DNA of 61,609 nt, filler included. It is 4 parts of 4 records of this genome, joined end to end, with 100 filler letters (N's around TTAATTAATTAA, not from the genome) between each part and the next. Parts side by side here need not be neighbours in the genome. Positions count along the whole stretch, not along the records: positions 1 to 12,515 come from SRR22947727_4961; 3 more parts are not named here. One strand, 5' to 3'. A model generated the notes under the pieces. The model saw only the letters and a list, made by a program, of their open reading frames with translations, was not told where the DNA came from and ran no database searches. The translations under genes were made by a program, and so were the position numbers. Shown piece by piece: positions 1-9,597 of this stretch (within the stretch, counting starts at the first letter, position 1; every line of letters begins with the position of its first letter).

Positions 1-3000
1 AGTGGTCAATCTACTGACGTAAGTGCTAAAGACTTACGAGATAGTATTGGAAAAGCGGTTGCGGAGGGAGCTACAGGTTCTGCAGACGAATTTGCTTTAG
101 CTGTAAGATCTAAATTACCTGGTTCTATTAGGAGAAATGTTAGAGACCCCCGATTATTGGCAGAGATAAGAGAGATATTTAATACTTCTTTTAAAGGTAT
201 CGGAAACGCTGAAGAATTATTTGGTATCTCAGAGTTTGCTGACGCAACAGGACGAACAATAAAAACAGCGCTGAAACAACTTGGTGCTAATGAAGAAGGA
301 TTACAGTTTAAAGGCGTTGAGAAGCTTGATGGATCACTCGGGTTTGTAAGAGCAAAATTTATTGATATTAAAAACCTAAGAGGTGAAGATCTCAAGATTG
401 CACAACAAACAAATCAGACTCAACTTGGAATATTACAAAGCCAAGAAGTAGCTGTTAATCTTCAAGAGGCACTTAATTCAGGCGCAGCAAACGCAGAGCA
501 AATTGAAAAAAGACGTTCTGCGGTATTAGCTAAAATTAATAATTTAAGAAAATCAGAAGTTGAAGCTGATAAAAATACTGCTAGAGTGCTAGAAGATACT
601 TTTAGATTGCAAGATCAAGGAGCACAAGCTCAATTAGCTGTTATCCGAGAGCGTGATAAACTATTGAAGACTTTTTCAGCTGAAATAAAAGCGGCTGAGA
701 AATTAAATGAGATATTTACTCTCATTGCGGATGGTGAAAATACTAGAGTTGAACTAGGTATTGACTCTAATGCTAGAGCCCGTAATAGGGTGAAAATTTT
801 ACAAGAAGATTTTGAACTAGGAAAAGCAGCACTTGCTCAAGAACGAGCAGGATTACCAATTTCTGCTCTACAGGCTCAAAGAGCTTCTTTAGCTAGAGAC
901 GCACAAAAAGCTCTTGTAGGAGTCTTTGTTAAGACTAATGAAGAAGCTCGTAAATTAGCAGATACTCTTGAGAAAATATCTAAAACCCTCACTGCGCAGG
1001 CTAAAAAAGCAGAAGACGCCTTTGCCGTAGAACAAATTAAACGTGCAAGACAATTATCAGAGCAAATAGCTACAAGCACAAAAGCACAAATTGATAGAAC
1101 AGAAAAGCTTAGACAAGCCACGCAAAAATTAGCGGATGCTCGTAGTAAAGCAGGAGAGGCCGGTCGTAAACTAGGCCAAAAGCTAGAAGGAGATCTTGCG
1201 GGTCAAACTTTTCAAACAGATCAAGATAAAAGAGCATTAATATTAAAATTCGCTAAAGAAGATTTAAATGCTCTTAAAGCTATTACTACGACACAAGTGA
1301 TAAATATACAAGCTAGAGCAGATGCTGAGAGAGAAAAGCTAGAGGCAGATATTTTAAATCTTGAAAGACAAGGTGCCGGAGTTACAGATAGAGAAAGCTT
1401 AATACAAAAAGAATTTGATCAACGTAAAAAACTGGAACAAACAGCTCTTGCTACCCAAAAACAACTTAAAATAGATGAGATTGACCTACTAGAACAACGT
1501 AAAAAAGGAATTATAGATGAAGCGATAGCTTTTTCAGATCATATCGAAGGTATTCGTGATGTATTGGCTGCTGATATTGTAGCTAGAAAAGAAGTTACAG
1601 AGGGAGATGCTTTTGTTAAGAATACTGTAGCCGCTCTAGATAAGAGTGGAAGATTTATGGATGCACGTAGGTTAGAGCAGACCGGCGATGTCGCAGTGGC
1701 TAGAGCTGCAAGGGTAGATCTTGGAAAAGGAAGTGCTCAAAGGGTTGCTCAAAAAGGATTAGATGATCTAATAGAAAGATTACAAACAACAGATTTTGAA
1801 AGTCTTAAAAAACAAGTTGACGCCGCGTTTAAAGCTGAAGAAGATCTTGCATCTCTTAGAAGAGATGTTGCATACGACAATGAAATTGTTGCGGCTGAAG
1901 AAAAGCTGGCAACTGCTAGGAGCAATCTCGCAGCTCTTGGTATAAACACTAAAGCTGAGATAGAAGCATTAAATTTAGCTCTTAAAAATGCTGGTATAAG
2001 TTTTAATAACTTATCTGTAGTTACAAAAGGAGCTAACGATAATTTTAAAACTGCCCTTAAAGGAACAGGAGAGATTATAGAAGGAGGTCTAACCCAAGGA
2101 TTTATGGATTTTAATAACGCACTTATGTCGGGTAATCTTACCTTTAGAAGTATTAGTAGAGGTTTTAAAGACATGGTTGGCGATATGCTTAAAGCTATTC
2201 AGCGACAAGTTTTTATGGATACTATTGCTAAACCTGCCTCCAATGCTATTATGAAAATGATTGGTTTTTCTCAAGGCGGGCCCGCCCACTTAGCTGGTGG
2301 AGGGTCTATGAAGCGCGATAGAGTTGCAGCAATGCTTGAGCCTGGTGAGTTTGTGGTTCGTAAAGAAGCTGCAAAAATGATCGGTCTTTCAAAACTCCAA
2401 CAAATGAATTCAGGCAATGCGAATATCTTTGAAATGCTGGGAATGAACCCTGTTAAAAAAGCAGGTGGTGGGCATCCCGGCTTGAGCGATAGTTCAGCTA
2501 TGGGTACAAGTGGTATGGCAGGCCCCACTGGTTTAGGAGGCCCTGGTCCTGGTAATCCTGGTTTTGGTCAGCTTGGTGCGGATAAGTCTTCTAATGCTAA
2601 TGCTTTTGGAGGTGGTGGTGTAGATAGTAGTTTAGGTGTAAATGTTACAAAAGCTGCTGCTACACAGTTCATGGCTAGACATCCAACTGCTAATTATTTT
2701 TCTGATTCTTTTAGTACAGCTTTGGCTCTTAGTAGTATTGGTAAAAGTAAGGGTCTGCCAGGCGACATCGATCCTAAAGACGCTAGGGATATTGAGGAAA
2801 AAATGGACTACGCTAAAGATTCAGCTAACATAAAAGGAGCAGAATTTGACGTTAAGCAAGCCTATACAAAGGCTAATACTGGATTTGTTGGTACTGTAGT
2901 TAATGCCCTAGCTCCTAAAACTACTATGGACCTATTTGGCCTAGTTGGAGCAACTGGGCTGCTTGGACCAGCTGGGGTGATGGGAAGCAATATGTATAGT

Positions 3001-3423
3001 GGTATGAAGGTAGGCAAAAAAGGGGCAGATATGATGAAGGATATCGATGCTTTAGGTCTCAAAGAAGCCTTTGATCGAGAAGAAAGGATGGGTATGCAAC
3101 AAAACGCAGCTGGAGGAGCTATTCGCCATATGGCTGGTGGAGGGTCTGTAAATACTCGTGATAGAGTCCCAGCTTTGTTAGAGCCAGGAGAGTTCGTAAT
3201 TCGTCGTCCAATGGCAAAAGCTATTGGAGGACAAGCTTTGAATCAGATGAATTCTACTGGACGTACTCCTCAAATCAGTGTAAACTTAAACAATTCTGGA
3301 GCACCAAAGTCTGTTGACGTTCAGCCTCCTAAAGTTAATGGTGATAAGATTATTTTAGATATAATTACTCGTGATATGCGCAATAACGGGTCAATGAGAA
3401 AAGCACTAAGAAGAGGGAAATAA
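1..3423 (+). CDS. Phage tail tape measure protein (5'-truncated; frame open from the contig start, ORF track 157..3423)
   Basis: Long Ala/Lys/Glu-rich helical protein. C-terminal GG..D.V.A.L.PGEFV motif typical of tape measure proteins. First gene of a tail-tip operon. Confidence 0.85.
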   Translation, partial: SGQSTDVSAKDLRDSIGKAVAEGATGSADEFALAVRSKLPGSIRRNVRDPRLLAEIREIFNTSFKGIGNAEELFGISEFADATGRTIKTALKQLGANEEGLQFKGVEKLDGSLGFVRAKFIDIKNLRGEDLKIAQQTNQTQLGILQSQEVAVNLQEALNSGAANAEQIEKRRSAVLAKINNLRKSEVEADKNTARVLEDTFRLQDQGAQAQLAVIRERDKLLKTFSAEIKAAEKLNEIFTLIADGENTRVELGIDSNARARNRVKILQEDFELGKAALAQERAGLPISALQAQRASLARDAQKALVGVFVKTNEEARKLADTLEKISKTLTAQAKKAEDAFAVEQIKRARQLSEQIATSTKAQIDRTEKLRQATQKLADARSKAGEAGRKLGQKLEGDLAGQTFQTDQDKRALILKFAKEDLNALKAITTTQVINIQARADAEREKLEADILNLERQGAGVTDRESLIQKEFDQRKKLEQTALATQKQLKIDEIDLLEQRKKGIIDEAIAFSDHIEGIRDVLAADIVARKEVTEGDAFVKNTVAALDKSGRFMDARRLEQTGDVAVARAARVDLGKGSAQRVAQKGLDDLIERLQTTDFESLKKQVDAAFKAEEDLASLRRDVAYDNEIVAAEEKLATARSNLAALGINTKAEIEALNLALKNAGISFNNLSVVTKGANDNFKTALKGTGEIIEGGLTQGFMDFNNALMSGNLTFRSISRGFKDMVGDMLKAIQRQVFMDTIAKPASNAIMKMIGFSQGGPAHLAGGGSMKRDRVAAMLEPGEFVVRKEAAKMIGLSKLQQMNSGNANIFEMLGMNPVKKAGGGHPGLSDSSAMGTSGMAGPTGLGGPGPGNPGFGQLGADKSSNANAFGGGGVDSSLGVNVTKAAATQFMARHPTANYFSDSFSTALALSSIGKSKGLPGDIDPKDARDIEEKMDYAKDSANIKGAEFDVKQAYTKANTGFVGTVVNALAPKTTMDLFGLVGATGLLGPAGVMGSNMYSGMKVGKKGADMMKDIDALGLKEAFDREERMGMQQNAAGGAIRHMAGGGSVNTRDRVPALLEPGEFVIRRPMAKAIGGQALNQMNSTGRTPQISVNLNNSGAPKSVDVQPPKVNGDKIILDIITRDMRNNGSMRKALRRGK

Positions 3424-5033
3424 TGGCTACTTACCCAAATGATGCAACCACAACAATTACTGCTTTCCCAGTAACTAGTACTATCACATACAGTAGTACA
3501 GGCGCTGTTGAAACTGATTTCAATTTGTCTGCGACTGTTTCTCACAGAGGAGAAGTAGGCGCTTTTCTCGATGGTATACTTCAGGCCACAGATAGCTATA
3601 CTATTTCTAACAGTGGTGCTACTGTTTCTTTTACTGCTCCCCCTAATGCTTCTAATTTAACTTTGCACACTGTTTCTGTACCAGCAAAGTTACAACAAAC
3701 TAGATCTACTTTTACAACTCTTGCTAAAGAATACTCAAATACTGTAGCATCAGTTGTAAATGGTAATTCATATCTTATCAATGGAGAACAAATCGCCTTT
3801 GCTTTTCCAGCAGGGTCTCAGGTTTCTAATTTGTCGGAGTTTCAGGTATTTGTATCAGGTGTTTATCAACAAGATACCGCCTACGTCTATCCTTCTACCA
3901 CTCTAGGCAATGAAGGCATTGACATAGCTGACAACTCTGCTACAAAACTACTAACAAACTTTTTTAGTGCTCTTACCGATGAGTCCGACTCTTCTCATAC
4001 TGTAACCTTTGTTGGTGGTTCTGCTGCATATGCTACTTATGGAGCAGACAAGTTTGTCACCTTAGACGGAACAGATGACTATTTACAAATACCATCAAAC
4101 GATGATTTTAATGTAAATGATCGTTCTTTTACTCTTGATATGTGGGTGCGTCCCGATACAGGCACTTCTATGACTGCAAATCAAACCCTGTTTGCTCGTC
4201 ATGGAGATGCTACAAACAACTATAATCTTCGTTTAGTAGGAGCTAACTCTAATGTTGGGTTTGTAATCAATCGTGCAGGAGGAGTTACAGAGCTTTATGG
4301 AGGTAATGCTAATGGAGGATCTAATTACCATGTAGCAGTTTCTTATGATGCTACTCAAAATAATTTAAGGCTTTATGTGAATAACGTAAAAGTAGCACAC
4401 ACAGGCTATGTAGCAGCGACAGCTACTAGCGGTAATGTGTCTATAGGTGCTAACTCTAATACCACAACTACAGGAGAGTTTTTTAATGGAGACATTTCTT
4501 TTGCTCGTATGGCTCACGTAGCTCGTTATCGTGCAGCTTCTCATGTACCTATCACTTCCTCCAACGCAATTACAGTTCAATCAGGTGCTCCTCTTGGAGC
4601 AGATTTTGCGGGAGATTCTTTATCTATCAGGGTTTTTGATGCTAGTGTAGAAACTTTAGACAGATTTACCTCTATGGCTGATAGAAGACCGGATCGGGGT
4701 ATTGGTTCTGAAAGAACTTTTGATGTAACTACTTTTACTTCACAGGCTGGTTATGAAAAAAGAAGACTAAAATCAAGACGCTCTAAGCGTTCATACAATA
4801 TTACTTATACTGCTATTACTGGTGTAGAGAAAACTGCGATTGAGAATTTTTATAATGCTAGGAGTGGAACATTTGAGTCATTCAGTTTTGACTTGTCTCA
4901 TATAAATGAAAGTGGTATTATTACTACAAGATTCGAAGGACCGTTATCAGTCGAACAAAGTTATTCTACAGGATCTAGACTAATAGATAATATTTACACA
5001 GTTTCTTTCAAACTTCAAGAGGTTTTTGACTAA
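3423..5033 (+). CDS. Distal tail protein (lambda gpM/DUF2460-like C-terminal domain) with N-terminal beta repeats and a LamG/ConA-like domain
   Basis: C-terminal GYEKRR...YNITY...IENFYNARSGTFESFSF resembles gpM/DUF2460. Central FTLDMWVR...YHVAVSYD...LRLYVNN...FNGDI is LamG-like. Directly follows the tape measure gene. Confidence 0.7.
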   Translation: MATYPNDATTTITAFPVTSTITYSSTGAVETDFNLSATVSHRGEVGAFLDGILQATDSYTISNSGATVSFTAPPNASNLTLHTVSVPAKLQQTRSTFTTLAKEYSNTVASVVNGNSYLINGEQIAFAFPAGSQVSNLSEFQVFVSGVYQQDTAYVYPSTTLGNEGIDIADNSATKLLTNFFSALTDESDSSHTVTFVGGSAAYATYGADKFVTLDGTDDYLQIPSNDDFNVNDRSFTLDMWVRPDTGTSMTANQTLFARHGDATNNYNLRLVGANSNVGFVINRAGGVTELYGGNANGGSNYHVAVSYDATQNNLRLYVNNVKVAHTGYVAATATSGNVSIGANSNTTTTGEFFNGDISFARMAHVARYRAASHVPITSSNAITVQSGAPLGADFAGDSLSIRVFDASVETLDRFTSMADRRPDRGIGSERTFDVTTFTSQAGYEKRRLKSRRSKRSYNITYTAITGVEKTAIENFYNARSGTFESFSFDLSHINESGIITTRFEGPLSVEQSYSTGSRLIDNIYTVSFKLQEVFD

Positions 5034-6565
5034 TGAGTGCTCGCTCCTATGATGTTGTAATCACAGTTGATGATGCTTCTAACTTTACAACTACTAATGT
5101 ATTGATAGGAAATACCACTGCTACAACAGGAACAATTGCTAATGTCAACCCCACTACTAATGAACTTAAGGTTAGACTTAATAATCTGCAACAAGAATTT
5201 TCTAGTACTGAAGTAGTTCACTCTAACACAGCTCTCATGAGCTCAACTTTTGGTGGAGATGGATATCTTCTTACGTCTAACTTTATAGCAAACGTTATCT
5301 CAGGTAATTCAACAACTGCTATAGCCACTATCACAAACATAAGACCTAGCGCATTTAAGGCTGAAAAAAATGCCTTTTCTCAAAACCCTATTGTACGGTT
5401 GTATACAATTTACTATCCTGGTGAGTGGTATCCCCCAAATGCTGCTGGTAATCCTACTGAACAAGGAGCTGGTAAGGCTTGGCCTAATGACTTTCCTATA
5501 CGATTTGCTGAGATTGTCGGAGATCTAACCTCAGATATTTTATATAATGTATCACTAGGAGGCACTTCTTATATTCCATACCCTGTAAATGCTTCTAAAA
5601 TATCTCAAGGTTCTGAGGGCACAATCGACGAACTTACTCTAGAAGTATTTAATGTTGACAATATTATAACCAGACTAGTAGAAGATCCTTTTTTAGTAGG
5701 TAACAATTCCTCAAATTCAGTAACAGCTACTGTAAATGGTGAGTTAGTAAACGGTATCGACCCTAGAACTGTGATTGGGACTACTTCAAACCCTGACGGT
5801 TTAAATTATGATGCAGATATAGTAGGGTACTATGGTAGGTCAAATGCCTCTTTTGATAGAACACAGACTATTTCTGTCGGAGGTACTTGGGTAGAGCAAA
5901 AAATGGATACTCGCGATTTATTAGGTGGTGTAGTAGAAATTAAAACTACTTTTGCTAATTTTTTAGATACATGGCCTGAATATAGCTCTGTTCAATCTGT
6001 TAGATCAAACGTAATTGAGGTGTATAACGCCTTACCTTATCGAGTAGGAGATAATGTAAGGGCTAAAATAGGAACAATCGAAGCAACTATCCAATCAATT
6101 GAAGAAAATAGTTTTCTTTTTCTGTCAAATGAACTAGATTCTAATGTCGCAATCGGAGATCCTATTTACATAGTCAATTCTGAAGCTGACTCTGAGTCTT
6201 GTATTGAAGACAAGTTTAAAATTGATCAGCTAGAAAAACTTAGTGACTCTGTTGCTACTTTTAGCTTGATATCTTGGTTACAGTATTTTAAGCTAGTCAC
6301 GCCTAAACGTAAGTATTATAAAAATACCTGTCAGTGGAAATATAAAGGTGTAGAATGCCAATACCCTGGTCCTGGTGGGGATCCTATCCCCGGAACTACA
6401 AACGGTGCTGTAGCGAACGCTAATCCTATAGCGGCTAATAATCAGATTGCTGCAGATGCATCAGGAGATGTTTGTGCTAAATCATTATTAGCTTGCACAC
6501 TTCGAAACAACCAACTTCATTTTGGAGGCTTTCCTGGCACAGGACGAACAATCCCAAGAGGATAA
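5033..6565 (+). CDS. Minor tail protein L-like (tail tip, Fe-S binding C-terminus)
   Basis: C-terminal PKR..NTCQWKYKGVECQY...DVCAKSLLAC....FGGFPG matches the lambda gpL four-Cys motif. Position after gpM-like gene. Confidence 0.8.
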   Translation: MSARSYDVVITVDDASNFTTTNVLIGNTTATTGTIANVNPTTNELKVRLNNLQQEFSSTEVVHSNTALMSSTFGGDGYLLTSNFIANVISGNSTTAIATITNIRPSAFKAEKNAFSQNPIVRLYTIYYPGEWYPPNAAGNPTEQGAGKAWPNDFPIRFAEIVGDLTSDILYNVSLGGTSYIPYPVNASKISQGSEGTIDELTLEVFNVDNIITRLVEDPFLVGNNSSNSVTATVNGELVNGIDPRTVIGTTSNPDGLNYDADIVGYYGRSNASFDRTQTISVGGTWVEQKMDTRDLLGGVVEIKTTFANFLDTWPEYSSVQSVRSNVIEVYNALPYRVGDNVRAKIGTIEATIQSIEENSFLFLSNELDSNVAIGDPIYIVNSEADSESCIEDKFKIDQLEKLSDSVATFSLISWLQYFKLVTPKRKYYKNTCQWKYKGVECQYPGPGGDPIPGTTNGAVANANPIAANNQIAADASGDVCAKSLLACTLRNNQLHFGGFPGTGRTIPRG

Positions 6566-7733
6566 ACGCTGTATTTTACCGTGGATTCATCAATACGGGG
6601 ATTTATCAGGTAAGTATGCTTTATGTTGTTTTACTCTAAATCACGATAATAATCTATTTGGAGAAAACCTATCTCCTTTAGAAGCTTTTAACTCTCCTCA
6701 TATGAAACAAGTAAGACTGGCTATGCTTAATGGGAATTATGTAAAAGATTGTAAAGTTTGTTATGATTGGGAAAATAACGGTGTTTCAAGTCATAGACAA
6801 CGTATGAATTCTAAATTTTCTTCTTATGCTAAATTGTATAATAAAACAGAAAAAGATGGGTTTTTAAACACCCCACCTATATATCTTGATTTTCGCTTTG
6901 GTAATCTGTGTAATTTTAAATGTAGAATGTGTGGGTCTTACGCATCTTCTTCATGGGCAAAAGAAGAAAAATACTTAGGCAAACTACATCAAGATGCTCC
7001 CAACCATTATGATCATTGGACTTATAATATTAAATTTTGGCAAGACATAGAAAATATAAAAAAATATATTAAGATTATGTATTTTGCTGGAGGTGAACCT
7101 TTTGTTCAGGAAGGTCATTATAAAATGTTACAATTTTTAGTAAACTCTGGTTATAGTAACAACATAGAATTATCCTATAATACAAATCTTTCTTATAGTG
7201 GTAATTTTAAGGGTTATGATTTAGAAGAGTTGTGGAAATCTTTTAAAAGCATAGAACTCTGGCCTAGTATAGACGGTTTTAATGAACAGGCTGAATATGG
7301 TAGAAAAGGTCTTGATATAGAATTATTTAAGAAAAACAGTATTAAATTTTCTAAATATATTACAACTTTTTCTATTGTAAGTAGTATTTACTCAATAACT
7401 AGTAATATAGAACTTATAAAATGGATCAAATCTTTAGATAAATCTTTTAGCATTACTAATTTAACAAGTCCTAGCTATCAGTCAACAACCGTTCTTTCAA
7501 AACGTGTAAAAAATACTATTTTGAAAAAATATAAAAAAGATTTGTTGAATATAACTAATCTAACTGATTACGAATTAAATACTATTCTTGATTCATTAAG
7601 ACACATGAGTAGCAGAGACGACAGTACTCTAGCTACTGAGTTTAAAAAGCAAAATCAACAAAGTGATTTATTTAGAAACGAATCATTCGAAGCAGTTTAT
7701 CCAGAGTTAGCTGAATGGTACAAAAATATTTAG
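6522..7733 (+). CDS. Radical SAM protein with N-terminal twitch/SPASM-like domain
   Basis: CNFKCRMC (CxxxCxxC), FAGGEP and YNTN motifs. N-terminal CILPW...CC...CKVC. Start uncertain (TTG 6522 or CTG 6534). Confidence 0.85.
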   Translation: MEAFLAQDEQSQEDKRCILPWIHQYGDLSGKYALCCFTLNHDNNLFGENLSPLEAFNSPHMKQVRLAMLNGNYVKDCKVCYDWENNGVSSHRQRMNSKFSSYAKLYNKTEKDGFLNTPPIYLDFRFGNLCNFKCRMCGSYASSSWAKEEKYLGKLHQDAPNHYDHWTYNIKFWQDIENIKKYIKIMYFAGGEPFVQEGHYKMLQFLVNSGYSNNIELSYNTNLSYSGNFKGYDLEELWKSFKSIELWPSIDGFNEQAEYGRKGLDIELFKKNSIKFSKYITTFSIVSSIYSITSNIELIKWIKSLDKSFSITNLTSPSYQSTTVLSKRVKNTILKKYKKDLLNITNLTDYELNTILDSLRHMSSRDDSTLATEFKKQNQQSDLFRNESFEAVYPELAEWYKNI

Positions 7734-8104
7734 GATTAAAACACGAATATGGAGTAGTTGATTGTATTGAATTAATACGTTTATTTTATAAAAACGAGCT
7801 TAATATAGAATTTCCCTTACCTCCATACCCCCACTCAAGAGCTTGGTTAAAGCATTTTTCTACTGAACATATAGACAGATGGGCTTCAACGTGTGCTCTA
7901 AAAGTTAAATTGACAGACGCTGAAAACTATGATGTAATAGCTTTTAAGTCGCTGAATTCAAATTTAGTTATACACTTTGGTTTATTTTTGAAACCAACTA
8001 AAATACTACACATTGAAGAGAGAGGGGTCTCACGTATAGAAACTTTATCTGATTATTGGATGAAGCGTATATGCGCCATATATCGCCATGAATCAATGGT
8101 TTAA
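7715..8104 (+). CDS. NlpC/P60 family tail assembly protein (gpK C-terminal-like), copy 1
   Basis: VDCIEL catalytic Cys, HFGLFL His, ILH. Confidence 0.75.
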   Translation: MVQKYLGLKHEYGVVDCIELIRLFYKNELNIEFPLPPYPHSRAWLKHFSTEHIDRWASTCALKVKLTDAENYDVIAFKSLNSNLVIHFGLFLKPTKILHIEERGVSRIETLSDYWMKRICAIYRHESMV

Positions 8105-8516
8105 TAAATATACCGATATCCCTTATAAACTTTTTGGTACAGACCCAACTACAGGTATGGACTGTTTTAACTTATTGTGTTATGTTTTTAAAGAACATGC
8201 TGGTATAGTAATACCCTATACTTCAAGTGATTTTTTAAAGATGGTTGATGATCTTTGGTTTACAAAAACTCATAAGGAACATTTTCTAATCGGATCAAAA
8301 AACGGTGATTGGGTAGAAATTGATACTCTACAACCTTATGATTTAATTTTAATGTGTTTGGGCGCAACAAATGTAGTAAATCATGTAGCCATGTATGTAG
8401 GCGATAATAAGATATTACAAATGATTGAGAATAGACCAAGCGGTATTTACACTTATCACAGATATTTTCAACAATATACAATAAAGAAGGTTAGATGGAA
8501 AAGTTTAGTAAATTAA
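8088..8516 (+). CDS. NlpC/P60 family tail assembly protein, copy 2
   Basis: IPY...G.DCFNL and HVAMYVG motifs. Confidence 0.8.
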   Translation: MNQWFNKYTDIPYKLFGTDPTTGMDCFNLLCYVFKEHAGIVIPYTSSDFLKMVDDLWFTKTHKEHFLIGSKNGDWVEIDTLQPYDLILMCLGATNVVNHVAMYVGDNKILQMIENRPSGIYTYHRYFQQYTIKKVRWKSLVN

Positions 8517-8863
8517 AAGAAGATATGAATAATCATGCGCTCAGAGATTATCCTCTTGAAGCGGTAGGCATCATAACAAAAGATTATAAGTATATCCCTT
8601 GTAAAAATATTAGTGATCTCCCGAAAGAAACTTTTTATCTCGACCCTGCCGCTCTCGTAAAGCATGATGGCAATATTTGGGGAATTTTTCATTCTCATCC
8701 TGGGTCAGAAAACCCAATTCCTAGTCAAGAAGACAAAATTGGAGCAGCATTCCAAGAGTATAAATTTTTGGTTGGATTCAATAATAAATTTTACATATAC
8801 TGGTATAATGAAAAAATTGATGCATTAATTTTTGATGATTTTAAGGAGAAACATTGCTCGTAG
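8495..8863 (+). CDS. JAB/Mov34 metalloprotease-like tail assembly protein (gpK N-terminal-like)
   Basis: EAVG...FHSHP....PSQED JAMM motif. Confidence 0.85.
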   Translation: MEKFSKLKEDMNNHALRDYPLEAVGIITKDYKYIPCKNISDLPKETFYLDPAALVKHDGNIWGIFHSHPGSENPIPSQEDKIGAAFQEYKFLVGFNNKFYIYWYNEKIDALIFDDFKEKHCS

Positions 8864-9597
8864 ATATTAAAATACACTCAGCTTTTACAGATTTTTTCCC
8901 AAATCTCTGTTTAAAGGCTGACATCAAAAAATATATGGATGTTCCTTATTATTTAGGCTCTATTCATCCTAGATTCAAAAATTATGCAAAAGCGATTGAT
9001 AATGGTGATTGTCAAGAAGGTTATGCGATTTTGGACAAAAATTTAAAAGTTGTCTGTGATCAAGATTTATTCATTAAATCAGCAAAGAGAGACGATACCT
9101 TTTATATTGTTCCTGCAATAGTAGGGGGTGGTGGTAAAAGAGGAAATATGCTACTTTTTGCAGCTATGGCCGCTGCCGCGATTTACACAGGAGGTGCTTC
9201 TGCGGGATTAGGATTGAGTCCTGGCGCTTTGGGAGGAGCTCTCACACCAGGTACTGCTTTTACAGCCGCTGGAGGCGGGTTTGCCGGTACACAGGCAGCA
9301 GCTAGTATGGCTTTTGGATCATTAGGCACTATGGGTAGTACTTTAGCAGTTAACGCAGGGTTGGCTCTTGTAACTTCTCTTTTTACAGAAAGACCCGGAG
9401 ACATAAAACAAACGGATCAAAATATAAGAAGTAATGATATGTTTGGTTCTTTACAAAATACAATCGATAGTGGAGTTCCTATCCCATTAATATATGGAAT
9501 GCATAGAGTAACAGGACAATTAATAAGTGGATATTTAGATACAGTGGATCACGGTAAAGAAGATATTATCACTGTAGCATCAAGGTTTACAACATGA
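8854..9597 (+). CDS. Tail assembly protein I-like
   Basis: Ubiquitin-like N-domain ending IVPAIVGGGG, a Gly/Ala hydrophobic segment, and a NT...GVPIPLIYG...V.G.LIS motif. Confidence 0.75.
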   Translation: MLVDIKIHSAFTDFFPNLCLKADIKKYMDVPYYLGSIHPRFKNYAKAIDNGDCQEGYAILDKNLKVVCDQDLFIKSAKRDDTFYIVPAIVGGGGKRGNMLLFAAMAAAAIYTGGASAGLGLSPGALGGALTPGTAFTAAGGGFAGTQAAASMAFGSLGTMGSTLAVNAGLALVTSLFTERPGDIKQTDQNIRSNDMFGSLQNTIDSGVPIPLIYGMHRVTGQLISGYLDTVDHGKEDIITVASRFTT

